A DNA stretch of 64,000 nucleotides from Candidatus Latescibacterota bacterium (GTDB taxonomy: Bacteria > Latescibacterota > UBA2968 > GCA-2709665). Within the stretch, counting starts at the first letter, position 1, and each line of letters starts with the position of its first letter. Under the pieces are notes generated by a model. It did not search any database. It worked only from the letters and a program-made list of their open reading frames with translations, and had not been told where the DNA came from. Of this stretch, positions 19,638-30,205 are shown piece after piece. The stretch lies in assembly GCA_965248435.1 (NCBI GenBank), contig OZ252100.1, positions 4,800,001 through 4,864,000 of the forward strand, in the 5' to 3' direction. Position numbers and translations under genes: made by a program.

Positions 19638-21389
19638 TCACCCAGGCGTATCGTAGGAAAGGTCCCAGTCCCCAAGCCGACGCAGCGTAACCCTGGGGGC
19701 CGACAGGGGCTTCTCCCCAGCCATCGCCCAAGAGGCGATCTCCTCGCGGTGTCCGAGTCGGCGCAGCGCGCTGTAAGAGGCCCGGAAGTTCGAACGCCCC
19801 ACGTCTCCGTCCCAGAAGAAGAGCTCCTCGACACCCGCATCGTAGATCAGGTTTGCCATCCTTCGGAAGTCCTCCGCACTCTGCTGACGCGGCATGAGAT
19901 TGAGGGCGAGACGGCACGGTGTGCCCTTCGTCAATGAGACGAACCACTCGATTTCGCCCGCATCGGTCCAAGACTTCTGCATGCTGTCCAGATCAGGCCT
20001 GGAGGTGTAGGGAACGATCGTGTCTACCAGACCCTGTTCGATCCACGCCTTCAAATCGAGCGCGTTGTAGAGGTTCTCCTCTTCATTCCGCAGCACGACG
20101 GCTGAGATCTCGATCTTTCGCCGCCCCTGCTTTTTCGCCTCGTCGTCCAGCGTCTCTCGCAACTGGCTCATGAACCGGGTCATCGTACGAGCTCGGTATA
20201 AAAGCCATCGGGGATCTGTCTCATCGATCTGCCTGGGGTCTTCGCCGTATTCGGACTTGAATCCCTGGACGATCGGCGCTTCGTATTCCACGAACGGAGG
20301 CCGTCGGTTGTAGAGGAGGCTGATGCCGTCTATATCGTACTGAGCGATCTCCCGCATGACAGATAGAACGTAGTCACGCACCTCAGGGTAGGCGTACGAG
20401 ATTCGGGGCGCGACGTTGCCGTCCCGATCCACAGACCGCAGCTCGGGATGCGTCTCGTAGAAGGAGATCCCGAAGTTGAAGTAGTCGAACGGCGGCGGAT
20501 AGTAGAACCCTGTGACCCGGTATCCGACGTGAAACTCCATGCCGATTTCGTGCGTGTAGTCCAGGGCCACCTGGAAGGGATCGATACCCTGGTCGCGGAA
20601 TGCACGCCAGCTCTCGGCGAGCATTCGATAGCCCTGAGGACCGAAGTCCTCCAGGCCATCGAAGGTGGACCGGCGACCGACATTACTCAGGTACTGGAGG
20701 AGATCCCCCCCGCCAGCCTCCCAGCAGAGACGGCCGAAGTCCGAGTCGCGGAAAGGCTCGATGTGACGGCGGATCTCTTCTGCGGTTGTCGGGTGGAACC
20801 CGTAGTGGATGCCGTGGGCGTCGTTGTGTACGAACAGCCGCTTCGTGTCGGTCCGCTGCCGCTCATCCTGCAGCGTATCGATCTCCGCCTCGGAGAGAGG
20901 CACGAGTTTTATGTAGGCGATATACGCCGGGGATCCCTTCACGGACCCCATATCTCCTCCGGAGGCGACCTGGTGCGCGATCTGGCCAAGGACGATCTCC
21001 TGGCCGGTCAGGTCGGCGAACCTCCAGAACATCTCGTGGATCGTCTGCGCGCGGCCGGATAGATCCGGTCTCCCCAGCTTCAGCATGGAGAATGTGCCCT
21101 CGCCGCTGAGCCTCGCCCTCACCTCGATCTCCTGGCCGTGGTAGGGGTAGAGGCCGACGGAGATCGCGTGCCATCCCGACACAGCGAGGGGGTATGTGAC
21201 CTCGGGCGCACCGGTCTCGACACCGGCCAGCAGCATGGTGCCGGAGAAGCTCTCGGTGTCGTACACCATAGTGCGCCAGCGACCGGGCTGGGCGTCGTCC
21301 GACAGTGCTTCGGAGGGACGACACCTGTCCAAATCGCCGACGTAGATCGACTCGCCGGAAAGCCAGCTGTCTGCGAAGAGGTCATCCAT
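19638..21389 (-). CDS. Putative glycoside-hydrolase-like TIM-barrel protein (GHL10-like)
   Basis: SYAYPEVRDY, YDIDGI, DLKAWIEQGLVD resemble GHL10-type proteins. Confidence 0.55.
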   Translation of the reverse strand: MDDLFADSWLSGESIYVGDLDRCRPSEALSDDAQPGRWRTMVYDTESFSGTMLLAGVETGAPEVTYPLAVSGWHAISVGLYPYHGQEIEVRARLSGEGTFSMLKLGRPDLSGRAQTIHEMFWRFADLTGQEIVLGQIAHQVASGGDMGSVKGSPAYIAYIKLVPLSEAEIDTLQDERQRTDTKRLFVHNDAHGIHYGFHPTTAEEIRRHIEPFRDSDFGRLCWEAGGGDLLQYLSNVGRRSTFDGLEDFGPQGYRMLAESWRAFRDQGIDPFQVALDYTHEIGMEFHVGYRVTGFYYPPPFDYFNFGISFYETHPELRSVDRDGNVAPRISYAYPEVRDYVLSVMREIAQYDIDGISLLYNRRPPFVEYEAPIVQGFKSEYGEDPRQIDETDPRWLLYRARTMTRFMSQLRETLDDEAKKQGRRKIEISAVVLRNEEENLYNALDLKAWIEQGLVDTIVPYTSRPDLDSMQKSWTDAGEIEWFVSLTKGTPCRLALNLMPRQQSAEDFRRMANLIYDAGVEELFFWDGDVGRSNFRASYSALRRLGHREEIASWAMAGEKPLSAPRVTLRRLGDWDLSYDTPG

Positions 21390-21409
21390 AGATCAGGTTT
21401 CTCCGGCCT

Positions 21410-22183
21410 TCAAACGCTTTCGGCCAGTGCACCTTCGTAGAGCTCAGAGAATTTGTTGAAATAGGCCTTGTCGATGGTGTCGATTTCGCTGGTGACCTCG
21501 GCACTTGCCCAGTGCGTGGCATAGGCCCTGCGCCAGCTGTCTGATTCGTTTCGATGCGACGTGTGCAGCGTCTTGCAGTGGTGAAACACGACGCCGCCCT
21601 TTTTCACGCACGCCAGCGCCTCGCGCTTCAGGTCGATTTGATCTTCCGAAGGCGCCTTGTTGTGCGGCTCGTCGGGCAGGACGAAATGTTCCAGGATAGG
21701 CCCACGGTGCGAACCATCGATGTAGCGAAGGCAGCCGTTGGAGACATCCACGTCGTCGAGGGCGATCCAGGCCGTGAGCACTTCGTCATCGGGGTGGCAC
21801 AGGAAGTAGGCGTTGTCCTGGTGATACGGCTTGGCCGATCCGAAACGGGGCGGTTTCATGAAGATCTGGTCCGTGACGAGTTTCGGGGGCTTGCGGATGA
21901 GCTGCTCGACGAGCGAGCAAAGCCTGGGATCCAGGGCAAACCTGCGCGCGTCGGGGTGCTCGAGGAACGGATTCGCAAACTTCCGCGGGAGCATCCGGCC
22001 ATCGTCCGCTCGGTCGGCGGTGTAGCTCGACGCATCTGATTCGGGCTCCTGCTCACACAAGGCGGCCGCCAGTTCACCGATCGCCGCCACCTCGGACGCC
22101 GTGAATACACCTTCGACGACCGTCCATCCCCGGGACCAGAATTCCTCGTATCTCTTCGGGTCGAGCCGCATCTTGACCTCCAA
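21410..22183 (-). CDS. Phytanoyl-CoA dioxygenase (PhyH) family
   Basis: YHQD, WIALDD, NGCL, LHTS..N. Confidence 0.9.
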   Translation of the reverse strand: MEVKMRLDPKRYEEFWSRGWTVVEGVFTASEVAAIGELAAALCEQEPESDASSYTADRADDGRMLPRKFANPFLEHPDARRFALDPRLCSLVEQLIRKPPKLVTDQIFMKPPRFGSAKPYHQDNAYFLCHPDDEVLTAWIALDDVDVSNGCLRYIDGSHRGPILEHFVLPDEPHNKAPSEDQIDLKREALACVKKGGVVFHHCKTLHTSHRNESDSWRRAYATHWASAEVTSEIDTIDKAYFNKFSELYEGALAESV

Positions 22184-22203
22184 CGATTCAGATCAGTTGA
22201 ATG

Positions 22204-23232
22204 TTATTCATTGCCCCAGGGAAAAGACTCGACTCGGAGCGACCGGTCGGCCGCCGGCAGGGAGATTTTCGCACCGTTTTGGGCGGATGAGCTGTGGATT
22301 GCGAAGCCGATCTCCGTCGCCCTGCGGGCTTCGGGGAGGTCACAATCGGATCGGGTTCCGTTCTCCACTGCCTGCACGAGATCACGGACCATGGCAGGTC
22401 CGGTCGGCCAGTCTTCATCGACCGACGGCAGCGAGAGGGCCAGAGCCCGATCTCCATCTTCGCGCCGGAGATAGGCGTCGGTCGCGTCGGCAAAAACGGA
22501 CAGCCGTCCCTCCTCGCCCGTGACTTCGAAACTGGGTCCTTTTCCATCCGGGCTGACATAAGCGACAGCAGTGTTGTCCATTCCGATCTGCGCGCGCGCC
22601 GGGGGATCCATCTTGCGGCGGGGGGAGTCGGATTCCGAGTCGTCGATCAGGCCGCTGACCCATACGGGCTCGGGATCACCCATCAAGGCCAGCATCGTGT
22701 CGTACCAGTGGCACCCGTGGTTGATCGTGTTGGGAAGTCCGTAAGCGACAAGCCCTGTAACCGTTCCGAGCAGGTCCGCCAGGTTCTCCCGCAAATGCTT
22801 GTAGCGCCTGTTCCAGCGCCGGTCAAGCCCGAAGACGAGCGGCGTATCCGTGCAGGCCTCCAGGATGCGATCCATTTCTGATAGCGTCGTCGCGAGCGGC
22901 TTGTCGCAGAGAATACCACGTACGCCGACCTCAACCGCGGCTTCGATCTGGTCGGCGTGTTGGGTCTGACGCGTGGCGACGCAGAGCAAATCCGGTTGAA
23001 TCTCCCTCAGCATCAGATCGTAGTCGCTGTAGGTGGGGATTTCGCCCCACACATCCCGCCAGCAGGACAAAAAGTCGGCGCGGGTCTCCTCGCCGTAGTC
23101 GAAGACGGCCACAACCTCGGTCTCGGCGACCGCGTTGAAGGCCGAAGCGAAGTTGTGATAGGCCAATTCGCGCTGGAGCATGCGATGGCACCCTGCGATT
23201 GCGACCCGATAGGGGGGTTGGTCCTGGCTCAT
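22204..23232 (-). CDS. Gfo/Idh/MocA oxidoreductase
   Basis: CDKPLA, HGCHWYD. Confidence 0.85.
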   Translation of the reverse strand: MSQDQPPYRVAIAGCHRMLQRELAYHNFASAFNAVAETEVVAVFDYGEETRADFLSCWRDVWGEIPTYSDYDLMLREIQPDLLCVATRQTQHADQIEAAVEVGVRGILCDKPLATTLSEMDRILEACTDTPLVFGLDRRWNRRYKHLRENLADLLGTVTGLVAYGLPNTINHGCHWYDTMLALMGDPEPVWVSGLIDDSESDSPRRKMDPPARAQIGMDNTAVAYVSPDGKGPSFEVTGEEGRLSVFADATDAYLRREDGDRALALSLPSVDEDWPTGPAMVRDLVQAVENGTRSDCDLPEARRATEIGFAIHSSSAQNGAKISLPAADRSLRVESFPWGNE

Positions 23233-23262
23233 TGATGTCTCGACTCAGGCTACGGATTTCCA

Positions 23263-24207
23263 TTATCCGCGTGCAAGTTCGGCGTATTCCTTCGCCTGTC
23301 CAGGGATGTCCACGCCGACCGCTTCAGACCAGGTCTCCAACAGTTTGCGATAGATCGGTCCGGGTGTTCCGTCGCCGACCGGATCGAATTCGAACCGGGT
23401 GATGGGCGTCACGCAGGGGTTGGTGCTGGTACGCCAGGCTTCGTCTGCAATACGCACATCGTAGGGCTCGATGTCGGCCTCGTGAAGGGGGATTTCGAGC
23501 TTTTCGGCAAGCTCCATACAGAACTGGCGTGACACGCCCCGCAGGATTTCGTGCGGCCTGGGGGTGAAGATTTCACCGTCGCGGGCGAAAAAGAAGTTGC
23601 TCGCCGTGCCCTCTGTGATAAAGCCGCGTTCGTCCGTGAGCAGGGCATAGGCACCCTTGTCGATGCGATCGGCCTGGAGGTCGGCGAGCTTGTAATGGAT
23701 GCGGCAGCGGGTCTTGGCCTTGGGATCCATGTATCGGGAGGGGATCGATTTCTGGACGGGAATTACGAAATGGACCCCGTTTTCGTATTCGGGGAGAAGA
23801 AGGGCAAGATGACGGACGAGCGACATGACGTCGATAAGGACGGTCGGCTGTGACCCTTCCTTGACTTCCGACTGATAGGGTGGAACCACGCCGCGGGTGA
23901 CGTTGTGCAGGATGCGGTAATCGAGCCCCTCGAGCACCGGAAGGTTGCGCTCGATCGTTTCGTGAGTGGCGGCTTCCATCTCGTCGATCGTGAGGCCACA
24001 GTCGATTTCGGCGTAGCGGAGGGAGGCGTAGAGACGTTCGAGGTGTTCACGGAGGCGGAAGGGCTTCTGGTTGAACGACCGGGTGGCTTCGAAGACCATG
24101 TCCCCGAAGAAGAGGGAGGAGTCGAAGATGGAGATTCGGGCTTCAGCGGCCGGGACGAACTCACCGTTAAAGTAGATGACGCGCTCGGAAATAGCGCCCT
24201 CCTTCAC
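23263..24207 (-). CDS. Aminotransferase class IV (BCAT/D-amino acid aminotransferase-like)
   Basis: FRLREHLERL, ITEGTASNFF, ILRGVSR. Confidence 0.9.
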   Translation of the reverse strand: MKEGAISERVIYFNGEFVPAAEARISIFDSSLFFGDMVFEATRSFNQKPFRLREHLERLYASLRYAEIDCGLTIDEMEAATHETIERNLPVLEGLDYRILHNVTRGVVPPYQSEVKEGSQPTVLIDVMSLVRHLALLLPEYENGVHFVIPVQKSIPSRYMDPKAKTRCRIHYKLADLQADRIDKGAYALLTDERGFITEGTASNFFFARDGEIFTPRPHEILRGVSRQFCMELAEKLEIPLHEADIEPYDVRIADEAWRTSTNPCVTPITRFEFDPVGDGTPGPIYRKLLETWSEAVGVDIPGQAKEYAELARG

Positions 24208-24245
24208 TTCGAAACAGCGGTTTTGGAATCGTGGAGAACCGGGTC

Positions 24246-24695
24246 CTATTTACCCTCGTGTTCCTTGAACAGATCGATCATCTTTTGACTGGGCTGCCCG
24301 ACTTCGAGGATGTAGCCGTCCGGATCCCGCATGTAACATCTCGTTTCCCAGCCGTGGTTATCCAGCGGTTCAGTCAAGAAGTGGGCCCCTTTTGACTTCC
24401 ATTCTTTATAACAGGTTTGGGCATCAGCGACTCTCAAATTCAGGAAGCTGTCGACCTTGTCTGGATTTTGTGGGGGCTCGAGAAAGACTTCCGGTTTATC
24501 AGGCGTAGGACCTCCACCAGTATTCAGAATGATCCAGGAATTTGCCAGCTTTATGATGCACGGATTTTCGGGAGCGATGACCTTTCCTCCCAGGATTCCC
24601 TCGTAAAACGCCCTGGATTTCGCCTGATCTCTTACCGTCAAAAAGTGCGTGACGAAAAAGCCTTCTTGAGGGACCGGTGCGTCGGGTAGAGTCAT
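24246..24695 (-). CDS. VOC/glyoxalase family protein
   Basis: SRAFYEGILG, YMRDPDGYILEV. Confidence 0.88.
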   Translation of the reverse strand: MTLPDAPVPQEGFFVTHFLTVRDQAKSRAFYEGILGGKVIAPENPCIIKLANSWIILNTGGGPTPDKPEVFLEPPQNPDKVDSFLNLRVADAQTCYKEWKSKGAHFLTEPLDNHGWETRCYMRDPDGYILEVGQPSQKMIDLFKEHEGK

Positions 24696-24779
24696 GAGAC
24701 ACTCCAATCGTTGAACCCTGCTATATCGGAAACCTTGACTGCGTTCGAAGGGCCTGACCCATAATTATACTGACGGCAA

Positions 24780-25373
24780 TTAAAATGCGCACGAAATTGT
24801 GAGCGCAAGTCCGCCGGGGGGGTGTTGTAAAATGCCAATTCTGACTGGCAAAAGGATCGGCCGCCATCGTTCCCGGACGATTCGCGACCCGAGATACGCA
24901 CCGAGAGCGGCACCCGGGATGCCGCCTCCCAGGAATCCGATGATAACGCCTTCATCAATATGCGTTCCACCGTTATCCGAGTATTGGCTCATGATGGAGT
25001 ATAAGCCAATCATACCGACTGTTCCACCGGCGCAAAAACCAATCGCCGCACCTTTCTTCATAGATGACCTTAACCCCTGACTCCATTCGAACGTTGTTAC
25101 GGCGTCGAACGGAATCTTCCACGGAACCGTTCCATACTCGGGTTTCACGATGAGAGTGTCTGCATCCATCGCAACAAGAATTCCCACGCCTCTAAAATCA
25201 AGCACCGATGGCGCCTGGACGCGCACTCGGCTCCCTGGCGCCACGGCCGCAGAAGGCTCGACTGTCCTTCCAGGGCGTTTCTCCCTAATTCCAGGACCGA
25301 TTTCTGCCGCACAGGCTGTATATCCCACCTTGAATAGAAAAATGGTGAGCAGGATCGAGTGGATCCATTTCAT
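24780..25373 (-). CDS. Secreted/membrane hypothetical protein with Gly-zipper-like segments
   Basis: Signal peptide; GAAIG and GAALGAYLG segments. Confidence 0.65.
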   Translation of the reverse strand: MKWIHSILLTIFLFKVGYTACAAEIGPGIREKRPGRTVEPSAAVAPGSRVRVQAPSVLDFRGVGILVAMDADTLIVKPEYGTVPWKIPFDAVTTFEWSQGLRSSMKKGAAIGFCAGGTVGMIGLYSIMSQYSDNGGTHIDEGVIIGFLGGGIPGAALGAYLGSRIVRERWRPILLPVRIGILQHPPGGLALTISCAF

Positions 25374-25442
25374 GACAGGCGCTCCTTGTGTCCCTCGCGG
25401 TGGGGTTCAAGTTACGAAAATTGCCGCCAACGCCAACCGCAA

Positions 25443-25478
25443 GAAAAAGCCCCGAAGGTTTATCCCTCGGGGCTTTGT
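25443..25478 (-). terminator. Intrinsic terminator after the 25504-26091 gene
   Basis: AAAGCCCCGA..TCGGGGCTTT hairpin with an A run on the + strand. Confidence 0.7.
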
Positions 25479-25503
25479 TGTATCGAGGATGTGACTAAGC
25501 CAG

Positions 25504-26091
25504 CTAGAAGTGGACATTGAGGGCGAGGCCTGCCCCGTCCGGGCCGGCTTGAAGGCCCAGGTTGACTCTCCGCTGAGCGAGCAGTCTGTTGTGATTGTTG
25601 GCATGTCCGCGCGCATCGAGGATGTTCCAGATGTAGAAGCCCACCCCTGCTACCACGCTTGTGATGGCACCCACTTTACGTGTCGTACTCAGTCTCTCAA
25701 ACGCGTCCGATTCGGAGTCCCTGTCCTGCCAGTTTTTGGCTTCGACTATGCTGAGCAGGCCGTCACCATTGCCGCCGTATTCGGTTTTGTCGTAGTCGGC
25801 AACATCCAGTTCAGCGGGTTTGTAGAATGCATAAGCCGAGCCGAATGCACCGAGAACGCTGGTCAGGAACAGAAAGCCGCGTTTCTTACTGCCGGCGTAG
25901 GCCTGGCCCAATCCGGGCAGGGTGGCCGAGAGATAGGTGGCCACAAGCGGGTCTTTGTAGAGTTCGATCTTACCCGGAGGTTGGTATATCTCTTCCCGTA
26001 GAGAGCCCTGGATGCCAGGTTCGTGCGCGTTTGCTTGTGGCACGAGTGTGAATGCCACGAACAGCAGAAGAATCGTGCGGGCGGTTTTCAT
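25504..26091 (-). CDS. Secreted/membrane hypothetical protein (DUF5683/TM2-like)
   Basis: Signal peptide; KDPLVATYLSATLPGLGQAY; YIWNILDA. Confidence 0.65.
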   Translation of the reverse strand: MKTARTILLLFVAFTLVPQANAHEPGIQGSLREEIYQPPGKIELYKDPLVATYLSATLPGLGQAYAGSKKRGFLFLTSVLGAFGSAYAFYKPAELDVADYDKTEYGGNGDGLLSIVEAKNWQDRDSESDAFERLSTTRKVGAITSVVAGVGFYIWNILDARGHANNHNRLLAQRRVNLGLQAGPDGAGLALNVHF

Positions 26092-26141
26092 GGTTTGCTC
26101 CTTGATAAGAGTGGATGTTCCTGCGGTCGTTCGTGATACCT

Positions 26142-26272
26142 ATCAAGGAGCGTGCCAGTTTTTTAGAATGTGTATAAGTATTTGTGTTTTTTGTGACTTA
26201 TACAAATATAACAACCTACATGTCTCCGCCAAGCAGCCAATCAAACATCACAGGTGTGGTGTTTATGCAACA
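26142..26272 (-). promoter_or_regulatory. Putative sigma54 promoter with AT-rich IHF-like region and palindromic UAS
   Basis: TGGCAC-N5-TTGAT at 26157-26142; GTATAAGT..ACTTATAC inverted repeat; TGTGGTGTTTATGCAACA upstream. Confidence 0.5.
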
Positions 26273-26318
26273 GTGTAGAGAGCCGGCCAAACGATCTGTA
26301 AGCGCCTGAGCCGGCATT

Positions 26319-27212
26319 TTATCTGCGGGGGGTGATGGCGACGCTGTAGGCGTAGCGCCAGTCTTCGAGGTGGTTGAGGAGAACGCCGCTGCTGATCGTT
26401 CGGTCGCAGCCTGTAAGGTCGTGGATCTCGGTTCGTTTGGGTTCGGCGTGTTCCCGGTTGCGCATGAGGGTTTGGAAAGCCCCGACTTTCGCACGATCGA
26501 CTTTTCCGATGCGTGCGATCACCCAGGCTTCGAAATCCAGGTAGTTCGGCAGCGAATCGCGGATGTAGGCGAGCGTCTCCTCGCGATCGAGGCCGAGTGC
26601 GTCGAGGACTCGCTGATCCAGACCGCCGCCGAAGGCGGGGTAGTCGCTGTTGAGCAGCCCTTTGGCCTCTAAGAGGACTTTCAACCAGGTGCGTGCGAGC
26701 TGCATGACGCCGAGCGGGCCTACTTCGATGCTGCTGATGAGGGGTGGGAAGCCGGAGGGGATATCGCAATCGTCTGAGCTGTAGTCATCCCTGTGAAAGA
26801 GCTGCCAATCCTGCAGCGTGTTCAGGAGCAGGGCGGAGGTATGGGTATCCACGTCGGGGTCGAACCCAATGTCGGTGTAGGTTTCGGTAATCTTTTCTGG
26901 GCGGATGTGACGGCGATATACGATGATTTCGTTGAATCTGGCGACCCTGGCTGCAGGCAGTTTCCCACCCTTCTTGTCCAGAATCCAACCCTCGAAGGTC
27001 ACATAGTCGGGAAGCTCGGAACGCAGGTAGTCATACACCTCGTCGATATCCAGCTCGAGTGCCTCGAGGCACATGGTATCCAGCCCGGCACTCCTGTCCG
27101 GGTAGGCCGGGTCGAGGAGGCCGACGGCGCGTGTCAGCGTCTTCCACCAGGTTCGGGGGAGTTGCGAGACCCCGATGCTGCCCTTGCATATGCTGCCTAT
27201 CAGTGGGATCAT
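26319..27212 (-). CDS. DUF5069-like protein, internally duplicated
   Basis: Two repeats: PLIGS..GVSQLPRTWWK and PLISS..GVMQLARTWLK. Confidence 0.7.
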   Translation of the reverse strand: MIPLIGSICKGSIGVSQLPRTWWKTLTRAVGLLDPAYPDRSAGLDTMCLEALELDIDEVYDYLRSELPDYVTFEGWILDKKGGKLPAARVARFNEIIVYRRHIRPEKITETYTDIGFDPDVDTHTSALLLNTLQDWQLFHRDDYSSDDCDIPSGFPPLISSIEVGPLGVMQLARTWLKVLLEAKGLLNSDYPAFGGGLDQRVLDALGLDREETLAYIRDSLPNYLDFEAWVIARIGKVDRAKVGAFQTLMRNREHAEPKRTEIHDLTGCDRTISSGVLLNHLEDWRYAYSVAITPRR

Positions 27213-27309
27213 TTTGGCTCCTCGATTTGATCAGTGACGGTAAGTAGATCCGCGCTGAATGTACCGCAGAGAAGAAAGGATTGGAAGCAGTTCCGGCACC
27301 TGGATGAGT

Positions 27310-28581
27310 TCAGAGAGAGACTGGTGCTTCACCCCAATCCGGTACGGCAAGCAGCTCGCCATCTCTGAGCGCGGATTTGTGCGCCATCACGCCCATAGCC
27401 ACGTAGTGGCAGGCCTCCCAGGCGTTGATCGCCGGGGCCCGGTTCTCGGCCAACGAACTTACGAATTCGTGAACGAGTCGGCGGTTCGAACCGCCGTGGC
27501 CTACGGGCGGATAGGCGATTGGCCCCTCCGCTTCGATCACGTCCTTTATTTCCTCGGCCGTCCGGGCGGGGTTCTCGGCCAGCAGGTAGGCCTCGGCCAC
27601 CTCCCGAGGCAGATCATCGCACATCTCTCGGAGCGTGGGTTTCTGCTCACCCTTGTCTGGCACGCGGGGGAGACCCGGTTCGCGCCTGGTCCAGTACCAG
27701 GTCTCTTCGCGCCAGGTGGCACAGGTGCCGAAGATGTTGATCTTGTAGCCATCCGTAGTGATTTCACGGTATTCACGGGCCGTGAACACGGCGCCGTTGT
27801 TCATGTAAAAGACGCCTGTTTCATTCGAAAAGACCTCGCCCCACTTGTCGAACATGTCGTCTAGTCCGGTCGGCTTCATGCCGATGGCCGAGACTTTCGA
27901 GGCGTGTGACTTCATGATCGATACCGGGCCCGATACGGAATGCGTCGGGTAGTGCATGGGTCCGCTGAGGATGCCTTTGTCGATATATTTCTCTTTCAAT
28001 ATCCGCGGCCACCGACTTCCGATCACGCTGGCGATGCGTTTCGAGTAAACGTCTTCCATACTGCGACCCCAGGCGCCGCTGTAGTCGTGAGCATACTCCG
28101 CGTTCGCGGAAATGAACCGGCCGAAGGCGTCCTCCGCCGCCTGCCGCCGCATGAACATGACCTCGGGGTGATAATAGGTCGTCTCGCCCAGCATGAAGTG
28201 CCGGCCGGTCTTCCTGACCGTGTCGATGATCTCATCACACCAGCCCAGTATCTCGTCGCCGTCGGGAACACAGAAGATCGGCACGGCGCAGAAGGCGGTC
28301 TTGCCCGATTCCAGCACCTGGACGACCTGGGGGGCGTGCAGCCAGGGCTGAGTGATCAGGACGATCGCGTCCAGGTCGCTTTTGCAGATGTCATCGAGCG
28401 AAGTGTAGGCATCGCTCGGGTCGAACTTTCCCTTCATAAAATCGCTCTCCGCGAAATTCCTTACACGATCCTCTTCGATATCGCAGAAAGCGATGCGCTC
28501 GACGAGCGGATGGGCCTTGAACAGGTTGACAAAACCGGTTCCGAATTTCCCGAGGCCCACCATCCCTATGCTCACGCCCAC
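27310..28581 (-). CDS. Gfo/Idh/MocA oxidoreductase
   Basis: GMVGLGKFG, TQPWLHAPQ, PMHYPTH, GHGGS. Confidence 0.85.
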   Translation of the reverse strand: MGVSIGMVGLGKFGTGFVNLFKAHPLVERIAFCDIEEDRVRNFAESDFMKGKFDPSDAYTSLDDICKSDLDAIVLITQPWLHAPQVVQVLESGKTAFCAVPIFCVPDGDEILGWCDEIIDTVRKTGRHFMLGETTYYHPEVMFMRRQAAEDAFGRFISANAEYAHDYSGAWGRSMEDVYSKRIASVIGSRWPRILKEKYIDKGILSGPMHYPTHSVSGPVSIMKSHASKVSAIGMKPTGLDDMFDKWGEVFSNETGVFYMNNGAVFTAREYREITTDGYKINIFGTCATWREETWYWTRREPGLPRVPDKGEQKPTLREMCDDLPREVAEAYLLAENPARTAEEIKDVIEAEGPIAYPPVGHGGSNRRLVHEFVSSLAENRAPAINAWEACHYVAMGVMAHKSALRDGELLAVPDWGEAPVSL

Positions 28582-28614
28582 GCCAGCCTTCCTTCCTCGG
28601 TTCCTGGATTAGAT

Positions 28615-29247
28615 TCAATCTAGATTCTTCTTTACCAGGACCCACCAGTGGTACTCCTCATCATCCGGAGTGCCCTCGAACCGACTTCCCAGAATCCTGA
28701 AATTCGCTTCTTGCAGCATCATCTCGTTTTCTGTCGGGAGAAACGAACTCCAGACCATCCTGGCGCCCAGCCAGTCAGTCTCCTCTCCACACTCGGAGTC
28801 TGAAGTTCCCAGTGTAAGCAGGCCGACTCCAACGGGTTCGAGGGTCCGATAGATACTTCTGAACATTTCCTTGTGCGATTCTCTGGGGAGGTGGAAGATA
28901 GTATAGAGAGACAGCGCCGCCTGGAACGATTCGTCGGGCACCGATATATCGGAGATATCTCCACAGATGAGTCTGGCCTGCGGGACGTGTCGACGAGCGC
29001 TTCTTAGATGCTTCATACAGAAGTCGACACCCGTGAGACTGTATCCGCGTCGCGCGAGATGCAGATCATAGGGAATTCCGGGGCCACAGCCCAGATCCAG
29101 GACTCTGGCTCCGGAAGGAAGACAACTGCAGAACTGTTCGAAGAGATCTGCCTCGAAAGGGGACAGCTCTTTCCGCAACCGGAAAGACTGCTCGTAGTCG
29201 ATTTTCTCGTAGCCCTCGCGAACGATTGCTCGCATGCTGTTCGTCAA
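28615..29247 (-). CDS. Class I SAM-dependent methyltransferase
   Basis: VLDLGCGPGIP; IFHLPR. Confidence 0.85.
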   Translation of the reverse strand: MTNSMRAIVREGYEKIDYEQSFRLRKELSPFEADLFEQFCSCLPSGARVLDLGCGPGIPYDLHLARRGYSLTGVDFCMKHLRSARRHVPQARLICGDISDISVPDESFQAALSLYTIFHLPRESHKEMFRSIYRTLEPVGVGLLTLGTSDSECGEETDWLGARMVWSSFLPTENEMMLQEANFRILGSRFEGTPDDEEYHWWVLVKKNLD

Positions 29248-29320
29248 TTCCTGCGCGCGAAGCAGTGGAAGGAGCTGCCGAGGTACGAGGATCGACCGAA
29301 GGACGAAACCCGTTACGAAT

Positions 29321-30205
29321 CTAGAGCAGCTTCTTCTCGGACCAGTTCAGACCTGCCTCATCGAAAAGCTTGATCCAGTCGTGATGCGAACGCGCGACGC
29401 TTTCAGGATGTTCTCGGCTGCGGGCAACAAAGCCGGGTTTGCCCGAACGCCCCGTCGGGAGCCCGATACCGCTGTAACGCGTGTCGACGCTCCACCTGAC
29501 AGTTTTAGAGGTGTTGGGAATCGAGCGATGTAACAGCCGTTCCATGGTCATCAAGGCATCACCCACATCCACCTGGCACGTCACGACTTCGCCTTCAGGC
29601 ATGTCGGCCTCGGCAACACCCTTGTAGATCGATACACGAGCGTCGTGCGGCAACAGACCCGCACGATGCGACCCTCGAATCACCTGCATGCAGCCGTTCT
29701 CGGCGGTGGCCTTGACCAGGGGAATCCAGAAATTCACGATCAAAGTTTCTCCTGCATCCTCAGGCTTCAGGTAGGCCAGGTCCTGATGCCAGGGCACCAC
29801 CGTCTTCTCCTGGTCCGGTAGTTTCACACGGGTGACCGTTTGCGGATGCCCCAGAATTTCAGGGCCAATCAATGATTCCGCTGCGTCAAGTAGAGTTGGC
29901 CAGGTTCTGAACGTGAACATGCCGGCGGTCTTGTGCTGTTTACCGTGAACCCGCTGCCACACCCATTCAACGTCAGAGCAGGCGTCCGACACCAGCGCCA
30001 GACGGGTGGTGAATGGCGCATCGGAATGCGCGTCTGCCGCATCGAGCAGCCCCCGGCTCACCGCTTCAGTGATCGATTCGTCGACCTTCTGTTCGAGCTC
30101 ATCGATGAAGGGTTGCAGTGCTTCGCGTGGGAGCAGATCGCGGACGATCAGATAGCCATCTTCGTGGAACTGTTGAACTTGCTCGGAATCGAGTCCTCGA
30201 CTCAT
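29321..30205 (-). CDS. Phytanoyl-CoA dioxygenase (PhyH) family
   Basis: PWHQD, WIPL, NGCM, LHRS.PN, RWSVD. Confidence 0.9.
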   Translation of the reverse strand: MSRGLDSEQVQQFHEDGYLIVRDLLPREALQPFIDELEQKVDESITEAVSRGLLDAADAHSDAPFTTRLALVSDACSDVEWVWQRVHGKQHKTAGMFTFRTWPTLLDAAESLIGPEILGHPQTVTRVKLPDQEKTVVPWHQDLAYLKPEDAGETLIVNFWIPLVKATAENGCMQVIRGSHRAGLLPHDARVSIYKGVAEADMPEGEVVTCQVDVGDALMTMERLLHRSIPNTSKTVRWSVDTRYSGIGLPTGRSGKPGFVARSREHPESVARSHHDWIKLFDEAGLNWSEKKLL

